A stretch of DNA of 64,000 nt from an uncultured Candidatus Saccharibacteria bacterium (GTDB taxonomy: Bacteria; Patescibacteriota; Minisyncoccia; SW-4-49-11). Positions 1 to 8,294 of the stretch are shown here, piece by piece. Under the pieces are notes generated by a model. It made no database searches, was not told the DNA's origin, and saw nothing but the letters and a program-made list of their open reading frames with translations. The translations under genes and the position numbers were made by a program. Positions within the stretch are counted from its first letter, which is position 1. The number at the start of each line of letters is the position of its first letter. Location: contig CAZPCB010000002.1 of assembly GCA_964585065.1 (NCBI GenBank), positions 68,886 through 132,885 of the forward strand, written 5' to 3'.

Positions 1-287
1 AGCTTGGCATCTCCCCCACTAGCGGGAATTTGAAAGGTTTGCCCCTTATCGAGAGAATAATATTTTATACTATTACTGGTATCAATAGTAGCGTTGACAA
101 TAGCTTTGTCTGAAATTTTGGTAGCAAGACGAGTAGTATCAGCTGGCTTATTATTATCTTTAACAGTATCGGCGGCCTTCTCAGTATTGCGAGCACCAAT
201 ATACCCATAAATGAGTATACCAATAACAATAAGAGGTATAACCCCAATGGTTAGTATTAGTACTATTTTGTTCTTAAAGAATTGCAT
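1..287 (-). CDS. Hypothetical membrane-anchored protein (5' part; ORF runs off window start). Begins MQFFKNKIVLILTIGVIPLIVIGILIYGY then a soluble Thr/Asp-rich region
   Basis: Own translation of minus strand: ATG at 287-285, no stop before position 1; single N-terminal TM helix; immediately downstream of VirB4-like ORF in same orientation (not in supplied ORF track because it is open-ended). Confidence 0.4.
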   Translation of the reverse strand, partial: MQFFKNKIVLILTIGVIPLIVIGILIYGYIGARNTEKAADTVKDNNKPADTTRLATKISDKAIVNATIDTSNSIKYYSLDKGQTFQIPASGGDAK

Positions 288-293
288 ATGATT

Positions 294-2123
294 TTATAAG
301 TTTAATGAGAATGGGTCTGAGTTAGCTTCGTCAGTAACTTGAGCTTTGGCGGCCTGAATCTTGAGTAATTGTTCAGGGTCCGAGGTTATAATCTGATCTT
401 CTCCATATGATGCTACCACCTTGATAGCCGCATGTTTAAGTCCTGCAAAGAATATCCCCTCTCCCACATCTGACTCTAGAAGAAGGAATTTTTCTTCTTC
501 AGTAAGATAAAAGGTATCTTTAATAATATCTATAGAGGCTGGAGATTGTTTCAAGAGAATTTGTATTGATGAGTTGGTCAGAATAGCTTTTCCATATTCT
601 GAGGCGAGGAAATCAGCAATATCCTGAGTAATAGTGGTAAGCCCAAGATAATATTTACGGGCTCTTTTGGCAAGTGAGAAAAGAAAAGAAGCTACCGCTT
701 TGTCCTTCATCATAACCCAAGCTTCATCTACAACAAGAATACGCTTTTTGAGAGTTCTTCGGATCTCTTTCCATATATATTGAGTTACCACAAACATAGC
801 TAAAGGCTGAAGAGCATCCTCCATATCTCGAGTATTGAATACTACTAATTGATTAGCAAAATTAATATTGGTAGGTTCATTTACAAAACCACTAAAGCTC
901 CCAGTAGTATATTTGGATAGTCGAATAGCGAGACTTTCTCCCCCTTCCATATTATTGAGAATATTTTCTAAGTCAGAAAGAGTAGGAATATCTTTATTTT
1001 CATAATTTGGTGACTCAAGACTAATATCTTTGCTCGCATATGTCTCATACAAAGCTCTATCTAATACAGCTTCTTCTTCAGCAAGGAATTTGTCTTTTTC
1101 ATTTTCTCCTTGAAGCATCAGTTTTAACATACTCAAAAGATCCGCAATATTGGATTTGAGTAAGTCGGCGGGATTTTCATCATCGCGAGGTATAGGAAGG
1201 TCAAAAGGATTAATATGCTGATTGGAATTCAGTGATATTTTGATAAATGTCCCTCCCACAGCTTCGGTAAGATAAGAATATTCATTTTCAGGGTCAATAA
1301 CCAGTACATCTACATTGAGCATAAGATGTCTCAAAATTTCAAGTTTAGCTAAATAGCTTTTCCCAGCTCCGGACTTTGCAAAAATAACTTCATTAGCATT
1401 TTCCATAGAAAATCTATCAAAGAGAATAAGACTATTATTATGGCGATTAATTCCATATAAAATCCCTTTATTAGAGGAAATACTAGCTGAAATAAAGGGA
1501 AATGTAGTAGATAGCGGAGATGTATTAAGATTATTGGCAATAGCTAAATCATCTTTGAGAAGAGGAATAGTAGATTGAAATCCTTGCTCGGTTTGGAAAA
1601 GACAAGGCTTGGAATATACCATTTTGGTTTGAAGCATACTGTCTATTTGGGCAATATTTTTCTCTAATTGCGGTAGGCTATCTGCATAAACGGTAATATA
1701 TAATCCAAAGCGGAAAAATCTCTCAGTACCCTGCTGTAATTGATCTCGAAGATTTTCAGCATCCTGATAAGCAGTTTCTACCATAGGGTCTCGAACTAAT
1801 CCCTTTTCTTGCGCAATACTGATTTGCGCTTGAAAGCGTGTTACTTGGGTTCTGAGATTCTTTAAGATAACCCCACTATCCATAGGATACAGGAACATAG
1901 AAATATCCAAGACATAATCAAGGGTAATAAGTGGGCTAAACCATCCGGTTACCAGGAATCGAGGATATGTCATCACAAAAATAGTTCGGGCAAATTGAGA
2001 ACCAATTTGAATATATTTAGGGTCTACCAAAATACTTGCAGGTGCCAAAAGATCCCGAAGAGTATTTTGCCCTTTGAGGAAATCTGCAATTTCTGGAGTA
2101 GTTTGTGCTTGTTTCTTTGCCAT
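294..2123 (-). CDS. virB4: VirB4/TrbE/TraC-like type IV secretion (conjugative transfer) ATPase, C-terminal 609 aa part containing the NTPase domain
   Basis: Walker A FAKSGAGKSYLAK, Walker B-like ILVVDEAWVMM (DEAW typical of VirB4), central PRFLVTGWFSPL segment; architecture places Walker A about 470 aa into the reconstructed 834-aa protein as in VirB4. Confidence 0.7.
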   Translation of the reverse strand: MAKKQAQTTPEIADFLKGQNTLRDLLAPASILVDPKYIQIGSQFARTIFVMTYPRFLVTGWFSPLITLDYVLDISMFLYPMDSGVILKNLRTQVTRFQAQISIAQEKGLVRDPMVETAYQDAENLRDQLQQGTERFFRFGLYITVYADSLPQLEKNIAQIDSMLQTKMVYSKPCLFQTEQGFQSTIPLLKDDLAIANNLNTSPLSTTFPFISASISSNKGILYGINRHNNSLILFDRFSMENANEVIFAKSGAGKSYLAKLEILRHLMLNVDVLVIDPENEYSYLTEAVGGTFIKISLNSNQHINPFDLPIPRDDENPADLLKSNIADLLSMLKLMLQGENEKDKFLAEEEAVLDRALYETYASKDISLESPNYENKDIPTLSDLENILNNMEGGESLAIRLSKYTTGSFSGFVNEPTNINFANQLVVFNTRDMEDALQPLAMFVVTQYIWKEIRRTLKKRILVVDEAWVMMKDKAVASFLFSLAKRARKYYLGLTTITQDIADFLASEYGKAILTNSSIQILLKQSPASIDIIKDTFYLTEEEKFLLLESDVGEGIFFAGLKHAAIKVVASYGEDQIITSDPEQLLKIQAAKAQVTDEANSDPFSLNL

Positions 2124-2126
2124 ATA

Positions 2127-2804
2127 CTAAGTAATATCTAATTCAGCTAAATCATGAAGAGATTCAGTTGGTCTGGAATCAGGATTATAAAATGAATAAT
2201 ATAATTCAATTAATTCTTGAGTATTGAGAGGTGTCATATAAATTCCAGCCCGCTTTAGTCCATACATTACTCCATTTACTCTCTGCCAAAGCTGAGTTTT
2301 ATATTTCTCAAATTCTTGCTTATTATAGCGAACTGCAATTTTAGGGTTAAGCGCATTGCTGAGTTTATCAAAAAGACCTTCTTTTATCTCAACCGGATCA
2401 AAAGGAATAACTACATAAAAGGTTTTGTTTACAATATTAGCATCCGCCACCAATTCCTGAATAAATTGAGAATATTCTCCAATTTGAAGACGTAATAAAT
2501 CATTTTGCTGGGTTTGTTGGAACTCAGAAAGATAGTTGAGATACCCATTAATATTCAAAACCCTGGAGCTTACCTGTATTTGAAGAGGGAAGTCAAGAGA
2601 ATTAATAAAATTCTGATAAGCATAAATAATAGCATCTTGCTCATCAGAAGATTTGAGGTCAAAATTAATAGAAGACGTCATCAAAACAGCCCTCAATCCC
2701 CCATCTTTGAGAATCACCACACTGTCTTGAATAGTGTCGATAGATAAGTACTTTTGCGTACTAGTCTCCGGCTTATTTTTAATATTTGATTTTTTATTAG
2801 CCAT
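2127..2804 (-). CDS. N-terminal 225-aa segment of the same VirB4-like protein (separated from the ATPase ORF only by an in-frame TAG plus one codon)
   Basis: Same frame as 294..2123 (TAG TAT ATG junction at 2129-2121); N-terminal region LRAVLMTSSINFDLKSSDEQDAIIYAYQNFINSL resembles N-termini of Gram-positive conjugative VirB4 (Tn916 Orf16/PrgJ-type) as far as I recall. Confidence 0.4.
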   Translation of the reverse strand: MANKKSNIKNKPETSTQKYLSIDTIQDSVVILKDGGLRAVLMTSSINFDLKSSDEQDAIIYAYQNFINSLDFPLQIQVSSRVLNINGYLNYLSEFQQTQQNDLLRLQIGEYSQFIQELVADANIVNKTFYVVIPFDPVEIKEGLFDKLSNALNPKIAVRYNKQEFEKYKTQLWQRVNGVMYGLKRAGIYMTPLNTQELIELYYSFYNPDSRPTESLHDLAELDIT

Positions 2805-3132
2805 ATAGTGAGTATATCATATGGCAATAGTTTTGCAAAGAAGAAGAAAGAGGTTTTTATTTTGAATACATAATCAAAATATGCTACTATTGACTCGCAA
2901 GGTATCAAAATCCATGAATCTTCTCACCACTCTTCGAGGTAATATTGCGGCTATAGGGAGAATTTCATCTAATCTCCAAATCTCTTTAGACAAAAAACTA
3001 CCCATTCTCCCAGATTTAAGGAGAAAGCATTTATCCCATCTAAGAATAGAGGTTGCTGAGTTAAAGAGAATGGTGATTCTTTTGGAGGCAGACATAGATC
3101 GAATATAGAGAGTTTACATTTCATCTCAATAC

Positions 3133-3160
3133 CCTGTCACAAGGCAGGGTTATTTATTTT
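3133..3160 (+). terminator. Rho-independent terminator-like hairpin (CCCTGTCACAAGGCAGGG + TTATTTATTTT)
   Basis: 5-bp GC stem with T-rich tail on plus strand just after small plus-strand ORF 2881..3108. Confidence 0.4.
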
Positions 3161-3975
3161 AATCCCTGATATAGCTCTATCCAATTTTCTATAGTGAGAT
3201 TCTCGGGGCGGAGGGAGAGGAGGTTTTGAATATTTTGGGTATACTCCCCTATTGATTTATTGAGTTTAGTCTTGAGAGAGGATGAGATTTTTTTGCGCTT
3301 TTGTTGAAAGGCTAATTTGGCAAGTTGTATAATTTCTTCTCGATTATGTTCGACATAGCGATTATGGGGGATTAGTTGTATGAAGCTAGAGTCTACCTTG
3401 GGCTGGGGGTAAAAGCATGCTTTAGATATATGAGACAAAAGTTTAACATCGGCATATATATTGACACTGAGCTGGAATAGGGATTTCTCATGAGACAGGA
3501 GATTATTGGCTACCTCTTTTTGAATAAGGAGATTAATACTCTCAGCAGGATTATTTCTATCTACGAGTAATCTGATTATGGCTCCGGTAATATGATAGGG
3601 TATATTAGCAATAACCACATATGGTGTCTTGATGGTATCTATAATATCTTGGGATTTGAGTATATCTTGATGATATACGGTGAGATTGTCTGGGTTGCCT
3701 AGTACACTAGGGAGTATAGAGGCAAAAGTTTTATCGAGCTCTACGGCGATGACAGGAACCTTTTGTTGTATCAATAATTCAGTGAGTGATCCAAGTCCTG
3801 GACCTATTTCTAATAAAGTAGAATCAGTGCTTATATTGATTTTATTAATAATTTTGATAAGTAAATCTTTTTCAATAAAAAAATTCTGGGATAAAGACTC
3901 TAAGGGTTTTATCTGATATTCTTTTAATAAGGATATAATTTGGGATTGTGTCATAATGCTTGATAAGCTTGTCAA
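3154..3975 (-). CDS. rsmA: 16S rRNA (adenine1518/1519-N6)-dimethyltransferase KsgA/RsmA
   Basis: SAM-binding LLEIGPGLGSLTE, catalytic ANIPYHITG (NxPY) motif, length 273 aa. Confidence 0.85.
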   Translation of the reverse strand: MTSLSSIMTQSQIISLLKEYQIKPLESLSQNFFIEKDLLIKIINKINISTDSTLLEIGPGLGSLTELLIQQKVPVIAVELDKTFASILPSVLGNPDNLTVYHQDILKSQDIIDTIKTPYVVIANIPYHITGAIIRLLVDRNNPAESINLLIQKEVANNLLSHEKSLFQLSVNIYADVKLLSHISKACFYPQPKVDSSFIQLIPHNRYVEHNREEIIQLAKLAFQQKRKKISSSLKTKLNKSIGEYTQNIQNLLSLRPENLTIENWIELYQGLK

Positions 3976-3988
3976 AAGGCTTTAATAG

Positions 3989-4510
3989 TTGTATTATAAA
4001 GGTATTAATAGTATTTATCAAGGTGATATGGTATTGGATATCTTTTTCATTATTCTGAGCATTGCTTCTCTTGCCTTAGCTACATATAGCTTATGGAGAG
4101 TTCGATTTTTACAGAATAAGATTAAGGGAGTATTCCAATCTGAGACTATAGACAATGTGGATCAATTATTGGAATCATATTCTCAAAAATTCCAAACTAT
4201 TGATAAACAGCTGGATAAAATCTTTACAGAATTGCAATCCCATAGTACAATTCTTAATTATACTGTGCATAAAGTTGCGATTAAACGATTTAATCCCTTT
4301 GCGGATATGGGTGGTGATACGAGTTTTACTGCTGCCCTCTTGAATAATGAAAACTCAGGTATATTGCTTACCTATATTGCGACTCGAGAGCAAGGAGGTC
4401 GCTCTTATGCCAAAGCTATAGAAAAAGGTCGCTCAGCTCAAACTCTCAGTGAAGAGGAAAAAACAGTACTCGCCTCAGCTATTAATACTCCACTCATCAA
4501 TAAACTTTAG
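3989..4510 (+). CDS. Hypothetical N-terminally anchored membrane protein (possibly DUF4446-like)
   Basis: One TM helix then soluble domain with FNPFADMGGDTSFTAALLNNENSGILLTYI; no recognised catalytic motif. Confidence 0.35.
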   Translation: MYYKGINSIYQGDMVLDIFFIILSIASLALATYSLWRVRFLQNKIKGVFQSETIDNVDQLLESYSQKFQTIDKQLDKIFTELQSHSTILNYTVHKVAIKRFNPFADMGGDTSFTAALLNNENSGILLTYIATREQGGRSYAKAIEKGRSAQTLSEEEKTVLASAINTPLINKL

Positions 4511-4515
4511 ATATT

Positions 4516-6012
4516 ATGTCAGATTCAACTATTCAGCCTCGACCTCCAATTGTCACCATTATGGGACATATTGATCATGGGAAAACTAGTCTTCTTGATT
4601 ATATTCGTAAGGCTAATGTAACTGCAGGTGAAGCGGGGGGGATTACTCAACATATTGGGTCTTATCAGGTATCTCATAAGGATGCTACTATTACCTTTAT
4701 TGATACTCCTGGCCATGAAGCTTTTAAATCTATTCGAAGTCGTGGAATTAGAACGGCTGATATTATTATTATTGTTATTGCCGGAGATGAGGGGGTAAAA
4801 CCACAAACTCTTGAGGCTATTGAGCTTGCCAAAAGTACGCAATTACCTATTATTGTAGCTATTACTAAAATTGATAAGCCAAATCTCGTACTCGACAAGA
4901 TAAAAGCTGATTTGGCAGAATTAGACTTAACTCCTGAAGAATGGGGAGGACAAACTATTGTACAAAATGTATCTTCAGTGAGTGGTGAGGGTATTCCAGA
5001 ACTTCTCGAAATGATAGCTCTTGTAGCGGAAGTGGAGGAATTAAAAGCTAATTATGACCCTGCTGCTACAGATGGATTTATTTTGGAGTCATTCCTTGAT
5101 TCTAAGGCGGGACCTTTATCTGATATTGTGGTATTAAATGGAAAATTAAAATTAGGAGATGTGGTATTGGTCGGGAATACCGTATATGGGAAAATTCGCC
5201 GTATGACTAATGATGCAGGAGCTATTATAAAGGAAGCTTTACCAGCGCAGCCTGCTCGTATATTGGGGCTAAAAGGCGTAGCGTCAGCCGGAGATGAATT
5301 CCGTGTAGTAGCCACAGAAAATGATGCTATGGCTTTGATTGAATCTGCCAAAATACCTCCAGCTAATAATCCTGTTATTCAGTCTCTACTCGAAAAAGAG
5401 AAAACTCTTAATCTTATTATTAAAGCTGATTCTATTGGGTCTCTGGATGCTATAGAATATGCTCTTGGGCAAATTGTGCAATTAGATATCAAAATTACTA
5501 TTGTAGGACGAGAAGTAGGAGATATTACTGCTAATGATATTGCTCAGGCAAAAGTACAACAAGCAGTAATATTAGGGTTTGGTATTAAACAAGATAAGAA
5601 GATAAAAGAATTAGCTGAACTCAAGGATGTAGCCATCAAATATTATCGGCTTATCTATGAATTAATTGATGAAATTCGAGATCAAATCACCCAATTAGAA
5701 GGTCCAAAAGTTACGAGAACCGATTTAGGGGAACTCAAAGTATTAAAAGTATTTAAGGAAGATAAGAAAAGTCTTATTTTGGGAGGTGTTGTACAAACTG
5801 GGCGTATGGTACGCAATGGATTGATTGAAATTGAGAATTCAGAAGGTAAAGTTATAGTACAAGGAAAATTATCTAATCTTCAACAAGATAAACAAGATGT
5901 ATCTGATGTATCAGAGGGAAATGAATGTGGAATGGTGCTCTCAGTATCATTCAAGAAAACCACTCCAATAGAGGGAGATATATTGTATGTATATGAGCAA
6001 ATTAAAAAATAA
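4516..6012 (+). CDS. infB: Translation initiation factor IF-2 (short form, G-domain onward)
   Basis: G1 GHIDHGKTSLLD, G3 DTPGHEAF, G4 TKIDK; followed by rbfA as in nusA-infB-rbfA operons. Confidence 0.9.
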   Translation: MSDSTIQPRPPIVTIMGHIDHGKTSLLDYIRKANVTAGEAGGITQHIGSYQVSHKDATITFIDTPGHEAFKSIRSRGIRTADIIIIVIAGDEGVKPQTLEAIELAKSTQLPIIVAITKIDKPNLVLDKIKADLAELDLTPEEWGGQTIVQNVSSVSGEGIPELLEMIALVAEVEELKANYDPAATDGFILESFLDSKAGPLSDIVVLNGKLKLGDVVLVGNTVYGKIRRMTNDAGAIIKEALPAQPARILGLKGVASAGDEFRVVATENDAMALIESAKIPPANNPVIQSLLEKEKTLNLIIKADSIGSLDAIEYALGQIVQLDIKITIVGREVGDITANDIAQAKVQQAVILGFGIKQDKKIKELAELKDVAIKYYRLIYELIDEIRDQITQLEGPKVTRTDLGELKVLKVFKEDKKSLILGGVVQTGRMVRNGLIEIENSEGKVIVQGKLSNLQQDKQDVSDVSEGNECGMVLSVSFKKTTPIEGDILYVYEQIKK

Positions 6013-6015
6013 GTA

Positions 6016-6360
6016 ATGGCAGACAGGCATCTTATACGTTATCAACAACTTATTCAGGAGCAATTATCCCTATTGTTACTCCGAGAATTAGATGTGGATC
6101 CTGGTATTCTCGTTACCGTATCGCGAGTAATTGTGAGTGCAGATTTGCAAGTTGCTGATATCAAGGTGACAGTTTTCCCGAATGATAAACAGGGTACCGT
6201 ATTACAAAAACTACGTAAAACGCATAAAGAATATGAATATTTCTTGGCTGATATACTTTCACGAGGTCGCTCCCCGGAACTGAGATTTGAGATAGATACC
6301 GAGGCTCTCGAGGCTTATGAACTGGATAAGCTATTGGATGAATTAGAGGAAGAGAAATAA
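6016..6360 (+). CDS. rbfA: Ribosome-binding factor A
   Basis: Position after infB; RVIVSADLQVADIKVTVFP and C-terminal PELRFEID match RbfA pattern. Confidence 0.7.
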   Translation: MADRHLIRYQQLIQEQLSLLLLRELDVDPGILVTVSRVIVSADLQVADIKVTVFPNDKQGTVLQKLRKTHKEYEYFLADILSRGRSPELRFEIDTEALEAYELDKLLDELEEEK

Positions 6361-6386
6361 TTGTATTTCACCTCAACTTGTAAAAA

Positions 6387-6416
6387 ACTTGACTTTTTTT
6401 TGATAAAAGAGGTATA
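6387..6416 (+). promoter_or_regulatory. Putative sigma70-type promoter TTGACT-18-TATATT
   Basis: Near-consensus -35/-10 hexamers about 35 nt upstream of 6451 start. Confidence 0.3.
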
Positions 6417-6450
6417 TTAAATAGTATATATTAACTGATATTTAATCACT

Positions 6451-6927
6451 ATGAAAAAAGCTATCAAGTGGATTTTAATTGGATTCGTTATAATAATAGT
6501 AATAGCTATAGTTTCACCAGGAAGTGAGGAATCTCCAAAGGTTACAAAAAATGAAGATAATCTAAGTTCAGAACCAGTAAACAATAAAGATGAGAAGAGT
6601 GATGATGAATCTCAAAACATTCCAGCTGAATATAAGTCAGCCTTAAACAAGGCCACTTCTTATGCAAATACTCAATCTATGTCAAAAAAGAGATTGTATG
6701 ATCAACTTACATCAGAGTATGGGGAAAAATTTAGTGTTGAGGCTGCTCAATATGCAATTGATAATGTTAAGGCTGATTGGAATGCAAATGCTCTTGCTAA
6801 AGCAAAAAACTACCAAACACAACAAAATATGTCTCCAGAAAGAATTCGAGATCAGCTTGTTTCAGATTATGGGGAACAATTCACACCAGAAGAGACAGAA
6901 TATGCAATCACAAATTTGAATAATTAA
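6451..6927 (+). CDS. Ltp-family (host cell surface-exposed lipoprotein, PF07553-like) protein with two tandem Ltp repeats
   Basis: N-terminal TM/signal; two repeats SKKRLYDQLTSEYGEKFSVEAAQYAIDNV and SPERIRDQLVSDYGEQFTPEETEYAITNL matching the Ltp repeat. Confidence 0.6.
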   Translation: MKKAIKWILIGFVIIIVIAIVSPGSEESPKVTKNEDNLSSEPVNNKDEKSDDESQNIPAEYKSALNKATSYANTQSMSKKRLYDQLTSEYGEKFSVEAAQYAIDNVKADWNANALAKAKNYQTQQNMSPERIRDQLVSDYGEQFTPEETEYAITNLNN

Positions 6928-7049
6928 CCAGCTAAACATCTATAGTTAAATTATAATTTCTGAAAGTTACAGTATTAAAAGGGTCTGTATTAGAAGTAAG
7001 AGCAAAAAATTACTTGACTGTTACCCTATTAATTGTTGTATAGAGAGTT

Positions 7050-7088
7050 TTATAAATAAAAGACCAGATACGCGAGGGTATCTGGTCT
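7050..7088 (-). terminator. Rho-independent terminator for SpoU methyltransferase gene (10-bp stem GACCAGATAC/GTATCTGGTC, T-run on minus strand)
   Basis: Perfect 10-bp inverted repeat with 6-nt loop; minus-strand reading followed by TTTTATTTAT. Confidence 0.5.
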
Positions 7089-7127
7089 GGGGTTGGCGGA
7101 CAGCTTTGCTGGACAGGTGTGGTTGAG

Positions 7128-7721
7128 CTAAATTCCCCTCTTCACCCGATAATCATATAACACTATCCCTGTAGCGACAGAGACATTCAAGGATCTGGTG
7201 GTGCCATATTGTTCTATCTCAAGGGTTTGGCCACAAATATCTAAGATTTCTTGAGGTAGACCCTGGCCTTCATTACCTACGGCTATTAGAATATTCTGAT
7301 TCTCTGGCCACTGATAGCTATGTAATTCTACTGAATCAGGAGTTTGCTCTAATCCGAGTATAGTATCAAATTCTTGTTTAAGAGGAGCTAATTCCTCGAT
7401 AAAGCGAATATGCCTGAATTTCATAAAAAACTCAGCTCCAACACTGGTACGGCGGTCAAATTTTTTGCGGCCATAAATCAGCACCTCCTCCACCCCAAAA
7501 GTATTGGCTGATCGTATGATATTACCAATATTATTATCTCTATCAATATTCACCAGTAAGAGAGATATGGGGATTTTGTTCTCATTAATAGTCTCCAGTA
7601 TATCCTCTATTTTCGCCCAAGCAAGTTGATCGGTAATATTGCGTTTAGCATTGGCATCAAATGGTAAAGTTCCCTCCTCAATAGGTTCAAAAGTATAAGA
7701 TGAGGATTTTCGCTTAAGCAT
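7128..7721 (-). CDS. SpoU/TrmH-family RNA 2'-O-ribose methyltransferase
   Basis: SPOUT motifs LLLVNIDRDNNIGNIIRSANTFG, LIAVGNEGQGLP, TRSLNVSVATGIVLY. Confidence 0.8.
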   Translation of the reverse strand: MLKRKSSSYTFEPIEEGTLPFDANAKRNITDQLAWAKIEDILETINENKIPISLLLVNIDRDNNIGNIIRSANTFGVEEVLIYGRKKFDRRTSVGAEFFMKFRHIRFIEELAPLKQEFDTILGLEQTPDSVELHSYQWPENQNILIAVGNEGQGLPQEILDICGQTLEIEQYGTTRSLNVSVATGIVLYDYRVKRGI

Positions 7722-7845
7722 AGGGAATAGATAGTATATGTAAGGCTATTATAACACATTCTAAGGTAAAAATAAATATGTTGTTTTGGATTGACAAAAT
7801 TAGAAAAATATGATATATTTTTAAAGTCGTAATTCTGGTTATTCT

Positions 7846-8073
7846 ATGTCCAACCTCAACCCTATCAATGCAGCCCTCGAGGCTTTAGAGATCATTGATA
7901 TGGTCGACATTTATGCACCACTGGGAGCAATTCCCTCCGAGGAATTGAGTTCATACGCAATAGATTTCTTGAGGGGGTTGGCTCCAGATACCCTTGACTC
8001 TCTGGAAAGGTTAAGAACAGGAGCTCTGGCTTCCCGCGAGCGTATCCTCAAGGATATGCCTCGAGAAGTCTAG
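7846..8073 (+). CDS. Hypothetical small protein (75 aa), locally GC-rich
   Basis: ORF with markedly higher GC than surroundings, followed by strong terminator; no known motif. Confidence 0.3.
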   Translation: MSNLNPINAALEALEIIDMVDIYAPLGAIPSEELSSYAIDFLRGLAPDTLDSLERLRTGALASRERILKDMPREV

Positions 8074-8095
8074 CGCTACACTGCCAGCTCCCCCA

Positions 8096-8126
8096 AGCCC
8101 CCGTCTTCGGACGGTGGGCTTTTTCT
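8096..8126 (+). terminator. Rho-independent terminator (GCCCCCGTC-TTCG-GACGGTGGGC + TTTTTC)
   Basis: GC-rich hairpin with TTCG tetraloop and T-run. Confidence 0.6.
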
Positions 8127-8180
8127 TTCTCCTATCATTTCCCTAAAAACTGAATATATGCTATACTAAAAGCCGTAATT

Positions 8181-8254
8181 GGCTCCATGGCCGAGAAGTT
8201 AGGCACGGGTCTGCAAAACCCTCTACAGCAGTGCGAGTCTGCTTGGAGCCTCCA
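8181..8254 (+). tRNA. tRNA-Cys (anticodon GCA), CCA encoded; atypical T-loop TGCGAGT
   Basis: Manual fold: 7-bp acceptor GGCTCCA/TGGAGCC, anticodon loop CTGCAAA, T-stem AGCAG/CTGCT, discriminator T, 3' CCA. Confidence 0.65.
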
Positions 8255-8294
8255 CAATTATCCGTAAAAAGAGAAAATATAATATTGATATATA

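Noticed and set aside
1349-1540. Antisense/shadow ORFs inside long genes (e.g. 1349..1540, 4525..4898, 5052..5351, 9283..9594, 15753..16367, 20063..20483, 23147..23398, 31029..31517, 32160..32562, 33053..33520, 34477..35740, 38179..38517, 39453..40154, 45365..46970, 47693..47899, 53377..53835, 54084..54542)
   Set aside because: Each lies wholly within a larger ORF with a confident homology call or repeat structure; typical low-complexity reverse-strand artefacts.
294-2804. Alternative genetic code (TAG or TGA sense codon) explaining the interrupted VirB4
   Set aside because: TAG terminates the DUF59 gene and TGA terminates the LOG gene at conserved lengths, and conserved genes (pnp, rpoA, mutS, infB) have no internal stops; standard code 11 fits.
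2505-3108. Small ORFs 2505..2747(+), 2714..2908(-), 2874..3095(-)
   Set aside because: Overlap the VirB4 N-terminal ORF or each other with low-complexity composition; only the plus-strand 2881..3108 ORF with a terminator was kept as a low-interest finding.
7006-7040. TTGACT-17-TATAGA promoter-like sequence on plus strand downstream of the Ltp gene
   Set aside because: No plus-strand gene follows (next gene is on minus strand); probably chance match in AT-rich DNA, though an sRNA cannot be excluded.
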